Assembly (NCBI GenBank): GCA_052033375.1
Contig: JBPOJQ010000018.1
Location: forward strand, 1,671 to 65,670
Reading direction: 5' to 3'
Length of the DNA: 64,000 bases
Source of the DNA: Candidatus Magasanikiibacteriota bacterium
GTDB taxonomy: Bacteria; Patescibacteriota; Patescibacteriia; Magasanikbacterales; UBA922
In this document: positions 1-9,768 of the stretch, one piece after another
Position numbering within the stretch: position 1 is the first letter of the stretch
How the letters are laid out: each line of letters opens with the position of its first letter
Position numbers and translations under genes: made by a program
The notes under the pieces: model-generated
The model's input: the letters and a program-made list of their open reading frames with translations, nothing else
What the model was told of the DNA's origin: nothing
Database searches by the model: none

Positions 1-792
1 TTCTTTCTCTTCGAGCGCCTGCAATTGCCCCTGATTGACCGCAGACGCAAGCGCATTGGTCGTCGTGACCCACACACCCTCATAGGTGCTATGATCGAAA
101 TCTTCATCCACACAACGCTGATTGAGTGTCTGTAATTGTTCGGTAGTAAATGTCGTATCTCGTACGGCATTCAAGAGTGATATGAAATCTGTATCTGTCT
201 GGCGATACATTTTTTCAAGCTCAATAATTTCCAATTCAAATGTTTCTTCTTCGAGCATTTTCTTCTGCTTATTTCCACCACATACATGTGCGGCAAAAAA
301 ATAGGGTGAATCATATCGCTCAGAAAAAAACTGTTGTTCACCTCTCGTGACTACTGGCGGCAACTGATAGAGGTCACCAATGAGGATCATCTGCACCCCA
401 CCGAATGGTTTTCGCTTATCCCGTCCCGCTTTCCGGAGAAATATATCAATGCAATCAAATAAGTCAGCACGGACCATAGAAATCTCATCAATAACAATTG
501 CATCCAATTCACGATAGATCTTTTTCTGTTCGTCGTCTCCTCGTGGATTCTTCACGGTATCAGGAGTAGTCTCTGGGGTAAACCCAAAAAATGAATGTAT
601 TGTCTGCCCTTCCACATTCACTGCCGCAACTCCAGTCGGCGCCAATACGACAATCTTTTTCTTGGTATGATGTCGAAAATATGTAAGCAAGGTTGACTTG
701 CCAGTCCCTGCCCTACCCGTAATAAAAAGATTCGTATGGGTGTTCTCCATACGATCCAGGGCTTTCTTGAACTGTGGATTTTTATCAATCAT
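1..792 (-). CDS. PIF1/RecD-like SF1B helicase (3' end runs off the window; not in the ORF track)
   Basis: Manual translation MIDKNPQF...LFITGRAGTGKSTLL...VVLAPTGVAAVNVEGQTIHSFFG...IIDEISMV...GDLYQLPPV gives Walker A, motif Ia, Walker B and motif III. Confidence 0.9.
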   Translation of the reverse strand, partial: MIDKNPQFKKALDRMENTHTNLFITGRAGTGKSTLLTYFRHHTKKKIVVLAPTGVAAVNVEGQTIHSFFGFTPETTPDTVKNPRGDDEQKKIYRELDAIVIDEISMVRADLFDCIDIFLRKAGRDKRKPFGGVQMILIGDLYQLPPVVTRGEQQFFSERYDSPYFFAAHVCGGNKQKKMLEEETFELEIIELEKMYRQTDTDFISLLNAVRDTTFTTEQLQTLNQRCVDEDFDHSTYEGVWVTTTNALASAVNQGQLQALEEKE

Positions 793-810
793 AGCATTAC
801 TCACTGTACC

Positions 811-1332
811 CTATAAGTGATACTTTTTCAATTCCTGCTCGCGTACTCGATAATCGGGTAATATACGAGAAACTTCTTTCCAAAACTGAGCCGAATGATT
901 ATGATGTCGCAAGTGACACAATTCATGTACCACCACATAATCCCGCAAGTCTTCAGATAAAAAAATAAGTTTATAATTAAAATTCAAATTTTCTTTGGTA
1001 GAACAGCTCCCCCACCTGCTCGACGTATTCTTGATAGAAATCCGTTTGAATGAAAAACCATGTAATCCTGCAAAGTATTTCACCCGCTCAGTAAGTATTT
1101 TTTTTGCTCGGGCTTTATTCGCATGATATGAGGGTGTTGGTACGGACGCAAGATTTTGCGTCCGTACTTTTGCCAACACTCCCTCAATCCAATCGTGCTT
1201 CGTTTTTACAAATTTCTCAATCACTGATTTTGGCACCAACTTTGGTGCAGTAACGCGCACTTTGCCTTTGGAGTTTACAGACAACGTGATGCGACGCAAC
1301 CGTGCGCGTCGTTGTAGAATAAAATCGTGCAT
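811..1332 (-). CDS. M48/YgjP (DUF45)-family zinc metalloprotein
   Basis: RWGSCS and YVVVHELCHLRHHNHSAQFW motifs. Confidence 0.85.
   Translation of the reverse strand: MHDFILQRRARLRRITLSVNSKGKVRVTAPKLVPKSVIEKFVKTKHDWIEGVLAKVRTQNLASVPTPSYHANKARAKKILTERVKYFAGLHGFSFKRISIKNTSSRWGSCSTKENLNFNYKLIFLSEDLRDYVVVHELCHLRHHNHSAQFWKEVSRILPDYRVREQELKKYHL
1140..1167. repeat. 28-bp REP-like palindrome inside the M48 gene
   Basis: gtacggacgcaa-gatt-ttgcgtccgtac, perfect 12-bp arms; related copies at 61584 and 63224. Confidence 0.8.
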
Positions 1333-1337
1333 AATAT

Positions 1338-1844
1338 TCAAAAAACTTTGTTTTTATTTTGAATATATTCAATTGTTTTGTTATTCTCCAAAATTTTTGG
1401 ATTATTGAGAAATTCATTCACCACAATAACAGAAAGTCTATAAAAAGGTATCAAGTTTAAGATACACAGACCGTCAATTTCTTGTATTATTCTATCTTCT
1501 AACTCACCAATACGTAAAGAAACATTTGGTACCAAAACACTATGATGAGACAAAGTATTGCGGTAATAATCGTATAGTTTATCTATTGTTTTATCATCTA
1601 ATCCTAAATTATAGTAAGTTTTATTTTTTAAGATATTAAAATGGTTTCGTACATTTCCCAGTTCAACATAAGAACCTACACTATCAACAACAGATAATAA
1701 TATTAATGCCGCCGGGTATCCATAACAACCAGGGGCTGACCAAATATTTGTATCTTTTCTAAATTCGATACAATATTTGGCAACCAGTAACATCTCCGGA
1801 AGTGACTCATTAAGCATCGACGGTATATCAGGATGTACAGCCAT
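1338..1844 (-). CDS. hypothetical protein, possible HEPN-like domain
   Basis: AT-rich 168-aa ORF containing the Rx4H motif RNTLSH. Confidence 0.55.
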   Translation of the reverse strand: MAVHPDIPSMLNESLPEMLLVAKYCIEFRKDTNIWSAPGCYGYPAALILLSVVDSVGSYVELGNVRNHFNILKNKTYYNLGLDDKTIDKLYDYYRNTLSHHSVLVPNVSLRIGELEDRIIQEIDGLCILNLIPFYRLSVIVVNEFLNNPKILENNKTIEYIQNKNKVF

Positions 1845-1865
1845 TTTACTAGTATATAATGAAAA

Positions 1866-2993
1866 TTAAGCACTCTTAACCGCCTCCGCAACTCGCTCCG
1901 CCACACGCTTATCAAATACATCAGGAATGATGTTCTCTTCAGAAGGATTTTCAACGCACGAAGCAATCGCTCTCGCTGCCACAAGTTTCATTTCAGTCGT
2001 GACAGTGCGAATTCTCGCATCCAAAAGCCCTCGAAAAATTCCGGGGAAGGCAAGCACATTATTAATCTGATTTGGAAAATCACTTCTACCAGTTGCGACA
2101 ATTCGGGCTCCCCCAGCTTTTGCCTCGTCGGGCATAATTTCAGGAGTCGGATTTGCGAGTGCACAGACAATCGCATCAGTGTTCATAGTCTGAACCATTT
2201 CAGTATTCAAGACTCCTGCTTTGCTCACACCGATAAAAACATCTGCACCTGCAATTGATTCAACAAGTTTCCCTTTCACCATTTCTCGATTCGTAATTCT
2301 CGCCATCTCAATTTTCTCATCATTCAAATCTTCTCTGCCTTCATAAATAGTTCCCGCAGAATCAACGAGAATAATCGAAGTTGCTCCAGCGGCAATAAGC
2401 AGTTTTGCAATTGCAATTCCAGCCGCACCTGCGCCATTAATAACTATGTGTGCAGTCTCAATTGATTTGCCAGTAACGTTAAACGCGTTAATCAATCCAG
2501 CTAGAACAACAATTGCAGTACCATGCTGATCATCATGAAAAACTGGAATGTCCAACAGTTCGCTCAATTTTCTCTCTACCTCAAAACATCGAGGAGCAGA
2601 AATATCTTCAAGATTAATTCCACCAAATCCCGGAGAAATCCGAACCACAGTTTCAACAATTTCATCTACATTCTGCGTATTAAGTACAATAGGAAAAGCA
2701 TCAACTCCGCCAAATTCTTTGAACAAAATACATTTCCCTTCCATGACTGGAAGCCCTGCCTCAGGACCGATATTACCGAGTCCTAGTACCGCACTCCCAT
2801 CAGACACTACCGCAACCAAATTTCCTTTTCGTGTGTAGTCGTACACTTTTGACACATCGGTAGCAATTTCTTTACATGGCAAAGCAACTCCTGGAGTATA
2901 CGCAAGACTTAGTTCCTCACGATTAGTTACCGGAACACGAGAAACTATTTCTATTTTTCCTTTATATTTTTTATGAAATTCAAGTGCATCCAT
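1866..2993 (-). CDS. NAD(P)-dependent malic enzyme
   Basis: AYTPGVA, DGSAVLGLGNIG, FHDDQHGTA, GAGAAG, ANPTPEI, TGRSDFPNQINN. Confidence 0.95.
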   Translation of the reverse strand: MDALEFHKKYKGKIEIVSRVPVTNREELSLAYTPGVALPCKEIATDVSKVYDYTRKGNLVAVVSDGSAVLGLGNIGPEAGLPVMEGKCILFKEFGGVDAFPIVLNTQNVDEIVETVVRISPGFGGINLEDISAPRCFEVERKLSELLDIPVFHDDQHGTAIVVLAGLINAFNVTGKSIETAHIVINGAGAAGIAIAKLLIAAGATSIILVDSAGTIYEGREDLNDEKIEMARITNREMVKGKLVESIAGADVFIGVSKAGVLNTEMVQTMNTDAIVCALANPTPEIMPDEAKAGGARIVATGRSDFPNQINNVLAFPGIFRGLLDARIRTVTTEMKLVAARAIASCVENPSEENIIPDVFDKRVAERVAEAVKSA

Positions 2994-2995
2994 AA

Positions 2996-4033
2996 TTAGC
3001 GTAAATACTTATATACATTCGCCGTATGCTCATCCGCAGTCTTTGAATAAATGACTTTTCCTGTATCAAGAGTAGTCAGGAAAAACCAATAATTATTCGG
3101 CGTAGGATGAAGTACTGCATTGATTGAGGACATACTTGGAATTGCAATAGGACCAGCCGGAAGACCTGGATACTTATATGTATTCCACGGAGAATCAATA
3201 GCTCGGTCACTAGCACTCGTAAATACACTGTCAGGAGTGCCTACTACATAATGAACACTCGAATCAGTCTGCAGTGCCCAGCCAGCATTAAGTCGTCGAA
3301 AAAATAAATCTGCAACCATCTTCCGATCTTCTTCGCTTCGCACTTCCTTTTCAATCACACTTGCAATCGTCAAAACCTCATGAACGCTCAAACCAGATTT
3401 CTGGATATCTTGTTTCAAAGTCTCAATCTGTTCCTCTCGCTCTCTAATAAATTTATCCACAATTTCAGACAAAGTAGCATTCGCAAACACATTGAATGTT
3501 TCTGGCGCCAAATATCCTTCAAGACTCACTGCTTCAGGTTTTCCTGCAAATAAAAACGTTTTTGAATCAATATGGTATTCAGGTTTTTGAAATTCCGCAG
3601 GCCGTCCCAACAATGCATACACCTCTGCTTCACGTGCAATTCCCTCTTTCTCAAAATATGCTGCAATATCACGCAGTGTTGATCCCGGAATAATAGTCAC
3701 CACTCGTTCTGCCCCAGACTTTTCTTGTGCAAGTAATCGAGCAACCTCAGCAATCGTCATAGAGGTATCAAAAACAATTGTGCCATGGGTAATTGAACGA
3801 TCGAATTTTTTCCATGCAATATATTTTTGTAAAATTGAAGCACTCGAAACTATCTGTGCATCTTCAAGGCGCTGTGCAATCGAGGCTACGCGCTCACCCT
3901 GCTCAATCGTAAAAGAAACGTCAGAGGTAAAATCAAACTTCTCAACATAAATTTTTCTATACAACACAAAACCAAAGATGCCCAAAACAAGAACGAGTAC
4001 AAATAATAGTCGTTTCACCAACACCGCATTCAT
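2996..4033 (-). CDS. mltG: endolytic transglycosylase MltG (YceG)
   Basis: N-terminal TM, LEGYLAPETF, IASVIEKE, SPWNTYKYPGLPAGPI. Confidence 0.9.
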   Translation of the reverse strand: MNAVLVKRLLFVLVLVLGIFGFVLYRKIYVEKFDFTSDVSFTIEQGERVASIAQRLEDAQIVSSASILQKYIAWKKFDRSITHGTIVFDTSMTIAEVARLLAQEKSGAERVVTIIPGSTLRDIAAYFEKEGIAREAEVYALLGRPAEFQKPEYHIDSKTFLFAGKPEAVSLEGYLAPETFNVFANATLSEIVDKFIREREEQIETLKQDIQKSGLSVHEVLTIASVIEKEVRSEEDRKMVADLFFRRLNAGWALQTDSSVHYVVGTPDSVFTSASDRAIDSPWNTYKYPGLPAGPIAIPSMSSINAVLHPTPNNYWFFLTTLDTGKVIYSKTADEHTANVYKYLR

Positions 4034-5082
4034 AAGTAATTTTCTTTACCGTCTTCTTGAAGTTTAGACAGCAATGTTTTGATTTCAGGGACCTGATCCT
4101 TATGTACCACCAAAAGCGCATCTTTGGTATTCACGACAATCATACCCTTCAGACCAATCACAGAGACCAGTTTATCTGGCTCATCATTGAAGATAAAAGA
4201 ATCACTCGATCCTATCTCGTAGGTATTACCGATCATAACTGTTTGATCGGGACTACGTTGTAATGCCTCTTTCAATGCATACAGGGTTCCCGGATCACTC
4301 CAACCCAAATCAACAGGCAACACAACTGCCTGAGATTTATCAATTTTTTCAATAATTGCATTATCAAAAGAAGAAGACAATACGCCTGGATATTCAGTTT
4401 CCAAATCACGCGATCCTTGAACCATTTGGAGCACTGCCTCGTATAATTCTTTTTGGTGTTTCTGGTATAACCCTAAAACAAAATCAATATCTGCAACAAA
4501 ATATCCTGGATTCCACTGCCACATACCCGAGTCAAACATTTCTTCACACTCAATCACATCAGGACGGTACTTCCAACCTTCAAAAGAAAACGCTCCTTCT
4601 TCAAGCTCTCTACCCACCTGAATCCAGCCTAGATTATGATTAGGGAATCGTGGTTTTTCTGCAAGAAAAATAAAACGATTACTATCTTCAGCAATCAATT
4701 CTTCAGCCCGAAGAAGAGCTGCACGAAAATTATCAGGCCGTTCCATAAAATGATCCGCCCAAAGCAAGGCAATCGTACCTGAAACCCCCTTCTGTTTGAG
4801 TCGCAAAAGTCCGAGCAATACTGCGGCTGCCAAATCTCTCCTGGCAGGCTCACTCATAACGTGATCTGGAGATATTCCTGAAATCTGTGTCTGTACCAAA
4901 TCCACATACCGACTATTAGTTGATATATAGATATGTTCGAGCCCAAACGATGAAATACGCTCTACCGCCATCTGAAGTGTAGAGGTATCATCTTTTAATT
5001 TTTCAAACTGCTTAGGCGACTTTGATCGGCTGATAGGCCATAATCTCGTCCCCGCTCCACCGGCAAAAATAAGAAAATTCAT
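4030..5082 (-). CDS. mannose-1-phosphate guanylyltransferase family
   Basis: AGGAGTRLWPISR..PKQF, FLAEKP, GWSDPG. Confidence 0.88.
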   Translation of the reverse strand: MNFLIFAGGAGTRLWPISRSKSPKQFEKLKDDTSTLQMAVERISSFGLEHIYISTNSRYVDLVQTQISGISPDHVMSEPARRDLAAAVLLGLLRLKQKGVSGTIALLWADHFMERPDNFRAALLRAEELIAEDSNRFIFLAEKPRFPNHNLGWIQVGRELEEGAFSFEGWKYRPDVIECEEMFDSGMWQWNPGYFVADIDFVLGLYQKHQKELYEAVLQMVQGSRDLETEYPGVLSSSFDNAIIEKIDKSQAVVLPVDLGWSDPGTLYALKEALQRSPDQTVMIGNTYEIGSSDSFIFNDEPDKLVSVIGLKGMIVVNTKDALLVVHKDQVPEIKTLLSKLQEDGKENYL

Positions 5083-5093
5083 AGACACGTACC

Positions 5094-5660
5094 TTACCAC
5101 AAGTGCGTAATTGGTTCAACAATATGGTACCAAAACCAGGGCAAGAGGAGGATAACCACATGTGCCACCACAAATCCACCCACAATATCCCTCGGATAAT
5201 GCACACCCACATATACCCGGGACACGGAAACCAGTACTGCAGAGATGTACATCACAATCACCAACCACCACGGAGTCGTAGGAATCAACAATAATATCCC
5301 CGCCAAAAGAAAAGAACCAATGGTATGATCAGAGGGGAACGATTTCCAGGTACCCACGGTATGTACCAATTGTGTACTTTCTGGAAATTCAATTCGTGGA
5401 CGCGGATGTCGAAAGATGATACCGAACAGATAACTTACAAATTCAGCGTACAAAAATGAAACAAAAAATAATTTGATATATTGAATCACCCAAAAATCAT
5501 TTCCCCAACCCAAATCGTACAATCCCAATCCAAGCACTAATCCAAGCATGACAAACACCAAAGTCTTAGCACAAAAAATCATGAATCGATCACGTTGAGG
5601 ATTTTTCCCAATAAACGAGTTGATTCTCAAAAATAATGTATGACTCCAGGATAATTTCAT
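5094..5660 (-). CDS. PAP2-family membrane phosphatase (undecaprenyl-PP phosphatase-like)
   Basis: HPRP, SFPSDH, SRVYVGVHYPRD motifs and TM helices. Confidence 0.9.
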   Translation of the reverse strand: MKLSWSHTLFLRINSFIGKNPQRDRFMIFCAKTLVFVMLGLVLGLGLYDLGWGNDFWVIQYIKLFFVSFLYAEFVSYLFGIIFRHPRPRIEFPESTQLVHTVGTWKSFPSDHTIGSFLLAGILLLIPTTPWWLVIVMYISAVLVSVSRVYVGVHYPRDIVGGFVVAHVVILLLPWFWYHIVEPITHLW

Positions 5661-5744
5661 AAAAAAGCTCAAAATGCTAGAAAAGCAGAAAAGGCTTAGA
5701 GACTTCAAATCAACTTTTTTGGCTTTTCAGCCATTTTAAGTCTT

Positions 5745-6851
5745 TCAAGCCTTTTTCAAAAAACGTAAATACGCCTCAACAAACTCATCCAAATCTCCGT
5801 TCAAGATTGCATCAGTATCTGCGGTCTCATGTCTCGTACGCACATCTTTTACCATTTTATATGGCTGAAGAACATATGATCTGATCTGATTCCCCCATTC
5901 AGCACTTTTGTACTCTCCACGCAGTTTCAATCGTTCCTCCTCTTCCTTTTCTTCTTGAAGCTTGAGCAATTTTGAAAGCAATACTTTCATTGCAGTTTCT
6001 TTATTCTGTAATTGTGAACGTTCATTTTGACATTGTACCACAATTCCCGTGGGTATATGCACAATACGAACAGCGGAGTACGTCGTATTGACACTCTGTC
6101 CACCTTTTCCTCCGGACATAAACGTATCAATACGCAAATCTTTTGGATCGATAGTCACCGCATCAGCACTTTCTACTTCAGGAATTACTTCAATTAGCGC
6201 AAACGACGTATGTCGCATTTGTTCTGCGTCAAACGGAGAAATTCGTACTAGTCGATGTGTACCATGCTCAGATTTCAGATGTCCGTATGCATATCGTCCC
6301 TGAACACTAAATGTGACGGATTTGATTCCAGCCTCATTCCCACGCGATTCATCAATCATCGTCGTTGACCAACCTTTCTTCTCACAATAGCGCATGACCA
6401 TGCGTAGAAGCATCTCTGCCCAGTCCTGTGCTTCAGTCCCCCCACTACCCGCGTGAATAGAAACTATTGCCCCTAGCCTGTCGTGCTTTCCATTCATTAA
6501 AACCAAAAATTCCAATTTTTCAAATTTCTTTTCAAGCTCTTCTGTCTTTGTCACTACCTCTACCTCGAATGACTCATCTGGGCTTTCAACTAAATCTTGT
6601 GCAAATAAAAAAAGATCACGAGTTTCTTTCTGAAGTGTTTCCCACGTTTCAATCTCAGATACCAAATTTTCCCGCTGTTTTGACACCTGCCCAGCTCTGA
6701 CAGGGTCTGTCCAAAATCCCGGATCTTGCATGTTTTTTTCCAGATGAACCACTTGTTCCTTAAGCTCATCAATCCGAAGAAGTTTCCAGGTTTCTGAAAC
6801 CTTTCTCTGCAATTCTCCAAGTCGGTCAATTGTGTTAGTAAGTACACTCAT
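5745..6851 (-). CDS. prfB: peptide chain release factor 2
   Basis: SPF motif (RISPFD) and GGQ motif; continuous ORF. Confidence 0.97.
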   Translation of the reverse strand: MSVLTNTIDRLGELQRKVSETWKLLRIDELKEQVVHLEKNMQDPGFWTDPVRAGQVSKQRENLVSEIETWETLQKETRDLFLFAQDLVESPDESFEVEVVTKTEELEKKFEKLEFLVLMNGKHDRLGAIVSIHAGSGGTEAQDWAEMLLRMVMRYCEKKGWSTTMIDESRGNEAGIKSVTFSVQGRYAYGHLKSEHGTHRLVRISPFDAEQMRHTSFALIEVIPEVESADAVTIDPKDLRIDTFMSGGKGGQSVNTTYSAVRIVHIPTGIVVQCQNERSQLQNKETAMKVLLSKLLKLQEEKEEEERLKLRGEYKSAEWGNQIRSYVLQPYKMVKDVRTRHETADTDAILNGDLDEFVEAYLRFLKKA

Positions 6852-6902
6852 AATGTTCTAAGTTTAGCAAAAAATGAAAGAAATTCAAGCTTAAAAAATA
6901 AG

Positions 6903-6937
6903 TACCCTCGCAATGCCGAAGCAAATGCGAGGGTATA
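6903..6937 (-). terminator. hairpin downstream of the GC-rich orphan gene
   Basis: taccctcgca...tgcgagggta 10-bp inverted repeat, followed by U-rich sequence on the minus strand. Confidence 0.6.
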
Positions 6938-6957
6938 CAGGTCAGAATCATCCAGGC

Positions 6958-7512
6958 CTATCTGAGTGCGGCGAGGAAATATTGCACATCGGAACGGAAA
7001 CAGAAATCCTCTTCCATCCGATGAAAGAGGAGAGTCCAGCCAGTGTCATTCAGATACAGACAGGGAATGAAGTGCTGTCCACCACGATTACGCAGCAGTG
7101 TGCCTGCGAAGATGATGAATCGCTGTACCCACTCCCAGCCAGTACCGAGGAGTCCGACACGAATGCGCAGAAACTCCGCATGCCAGAGCCCCAGATTTGC
7201 ATCGAGCTCGAGCGCTCGTGCACGCATCTGCTCGGAAGAACATTTTTTTTCGCCATCACGAAGGAAAGGAACGAGCTTGATCCCCTGACTGAGATCGAGG
7301 GACGGAACACTCGTAACGATTTCGAGACCATGCTTGTGAGCGATTAGGTCTTCTGGTAGAGGAAAGAACCTCCCCTCAGTGAGACACTGGAGCATTTGAA
7401 GCATGAATTCAGGATGGTAGGGGTACCCGCTATCCTGACCCAGTTGACGCTGAACTTCCCCCAGACGTCTAAGAGCAGTTTTCAGTTGATCGCCAGAGAG
7501 CTTAAAGCCCAC
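6958..7512 (-). CDS. hypothetical protein, GC-rich
   Basis: GTG start after a GGGAGG Shine-Dalgarno; TTGACA-N17-TAACAT promoter at 7596-7624. Confidence 0.6.
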   Translation of the reverse strand: MGFKLSGDQLKTALRRLGEVQRQLGQDSGYPYHPEFMLQMLQCLTEGRFFPLPEDLIAHKHGLEIVTSVPSLDLSQGIKLVPFLRDGEKKCSSEQMRARALELDANLGLWHAEFLRIRVGLLGTGWEWVQRFIIFAGTLLRNRGGQHFIPCLYLNDTGWTLLFHRMEEDFCFRSDVQYFLAALR

Positions 7513-7621
7513 GACAACCTCCCATGTGATCAGTCTCCGCTCGCCAACACGCCATATGTCGACAAACAAAGACTCGGTAAAGGACAGTATACAGCATGTT
7601 ACCACAGAATAAATTTTCTGT

Positions 7622-7654
7622 CAATACAAAAACTCCCCGCTTTAGACGGAGAGT
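7622..7654. repeat. 33-bp direct repeat copy 1 (terminator-like hairpin)
   Basis: caatacaaaaactccccgctttagacggagagt; one mismatch to 10945-10977. Confidence 0.85.
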
Positions 7655-7677
7655 AATTTTTATAATGGAATAAACAA

Positions 7678-9741
7678 CTAATTTAAGGTGCCACCCACTA
7701 CATCAGGATACCCGCTCCACCGAGGCTCCATTTTTTTAAGGTCAGTAAAGGTAATATCGAGAGGTTCACCTCCATATCCTCTAGTATCATACCCCCATAC
7801 AATTCCACTATCATGTACATCCTGTATGCTTCCTTGAGCATAACGATCAGTAACATTAGAAAATGTGCCTCTAACTTCATAGAGCACAGTTTCACCATTT
7901 TGAACTACACGATTACTCATACCCCCTGCACCCAAATTATCGAATAGAACCAAATTAACAAAACCAGTATATCCAGGAGTCTGAGTCTGAAGCCTATAAA
8001 CCCCGCTTACTGCAGTAGGCACTGCATACAAAGATATACACGATCCCGTACTTACACGGCATAATTTAGTGCTCGTTACATTTGCATCAGTTGCAAGTTG
8101 TAATTTCATACTCACCAAATATGCGCTCAGCGAATCACCAAGTACATCAGTATTTACACCAGAATCTGCAGTGACCGCAAAGGTAAAAAATGTTTGCTCA
8201 CCGCCTAAAAGATTGCCATTCTGGAAAGTTGATGCAACATTAGTAACCTGAGAACCAATTGAAGTCACTATTTTGGTGTAGACATTTTCAGTGGCAACCA
8301 CATTTTGTGGCAACAGATCTACACCAGACACAACACCCATAGCGGCTGTTTGAGCATCCTTAAGTCCAAAATTAAGGCTTACATTAGAAACTGCGGCACT
8401 GCTCGTATTAGATGCCGGTCCAATACGATTAAGTCCTACTCCAATATAGAGATATTTAGTTGTATTTTTTGACACAACATGATTCAAATTTTGAAACACA
8501 ACAGTACCAAGACTTGTTGGCATAATTCCAAGTGGTATAGTCATTGCAGAATCTTTATAAATCGTAATCGAATGAAACGTATTCTTTACATCAACCAAAG
8601 AGTCTGAAGATAATATATTCAACCCTAACTGTTTTATTTTTACATCTTCCCCAGAGGCACTGAGCTGTACTCTACCTATAAGATGCTTCTGTGTACCCGC
8701 AAGCACATAGTGATCATTTCGAAGACCCGTATAATTGGTATCAATTGTAGCATTCAAGTATGTCGAAGTCGGTGTTGCTGGTGTAGACGAAGCTGCGGCC
8801 TGTGTGACCATAACAGTCCTCGCTAGTCCTCCACTAACAACCGTGACGACCGCACTTCGAGTAGAAGCTACGGCATTTGCAGTATAGGAAACAGTTAGAC
8901 TTCCATTGTTTGAGCCATTGGCAGGTACAACCGTCAACCAATCCTGATTATCACTTACGGTCCAACTACGGTTTGAACTTATAGTAATAGTATTATTACT
9001 TCCTGCACTCGCTGGAACACTCACTGTTTCAGGAGAAACGGATAAAAATGGACTGCTCGTAACAGTAGACGAAGCTGCGGCCTGTGTGACCATAACAGTC
9101 TGAGTGATCGCTCCAGCAACAATCGTAACTACCCCACTTCGGCTGGAAGCAACACTGTTAGCGGTATAAGAAATTGAAAGTGTCCCATTATTTGAACCAG
9201 TCAAAGGTGAAACAGTCAACCAATCCTGATTATCACTTACATTCCAGCTAACACTTGACGATACAGCAACAGATGCATTACTACCAGCGGTTGATGGAAC
9301 ATCAAGCGTAGTAGGAAACACTGATAATGATCCCGTAGATGGAGGTGTTGAGGTTGCTACATTTACACATGCACCCTCCACACATTGATAATTAACCCCA
9401 GTTTGACCAATATTTAACTCTCCACAATTTTTCTGCCATGTTTGAAAACCCCGTTTTTTACACACACCCTCCATTACATACGTTTTTCCTGTAGTTGGAA
9501 ACGTATAACAACGATCAGTACTCGTACCACCATTATACGTCGTTGTTGATTTTACGAATAATTGCCTTTCATCAAAAGTTGCATCGACGGGTGCATCTAA
9601 ATCTCTACACCCCTGAAATTTATTATTGGTAGTCAACGCTGGGATGAATGCAAATGCACTTGCAACAGCAAGAAAAGCAGTTGCTACTGCTAATTTGGTA
9701 TTGGTCGAAGTTTTTGTTAACGTCGAAGTCATGGTATTCAT
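7678..9741 (-). CDS. secreted/surface protein with two tandem BACON-like domains
   Basis: N-terminal hydrophobic segment, Cys-rich region, two repeats W.VSDNQDWLTV.P..GSNNG.L..SYTAN...S.RS.VVT; identical DNA blocks 8783-8818/9065-9100 and 8933-8958/9215-9240 (282-bp period). Confidence 0.75.
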   Translation of the reverse strand: MNTMTSTLTKTSTNTKLAVATAFLAVASAFAFIPALTTNNKFQGCRDLDAPVDATFDERQLFVKSTTTYNGGTSTDRCYTFPTTGKTYVMEGVCKKRGFQTWQKNCGELNIGQTGVNYQCVEGACVNVATSTPPSTGSLSVFPTTLDVPSTAGSNASVAVSSSVSWNVSDNQDWLTVSPLTGSNNGTLSISYTANSVASSRSGVVTIVAGAITQTVMVTQAAASSTVTSSPFLSVSPETVSVPASAGSNNTITISSNRSWTVSDNQDWLTVVPANGSNNGSLTVSYTANAVASTRSAVVTVVSGGLARTVMVTQAAASSTPATPTSTYLNATIDTNYTGLRNDHYVLAGTQKHLIGRVQLSASGEDVKIKQLGLNILSSDSLVDVKNTFHSITIYKDSAMTIPLGIMPTSLGTVVFQNLNHVVSKNTTKYLYIGVGLNRIGPASNTSSAAVSNVSLNFGLKDAQTAAMGVVSGVDLLPQNVVATENVYTKIVTSIGSQVTNVASTFQNGNLLGGEQTFFTFAVTADSGVNTDVLGDSLSAYLVSMKLQLATDANVTSTKLCRVSTGSCISLYAVPTAVSGVYRLQTQTPGYTGFVNLVLFDNLGAGGMSNRVVQNGETVLYEVRGTFSNVTDRYAQGSIQDVHDSGIVWGYDTRGYGGEPLDITFTDLKKMEPRWSGYPDVVGGTLN

Positions 9742-9768
9742 AATTGTAATAAAAAATAAGGTTAAAAA

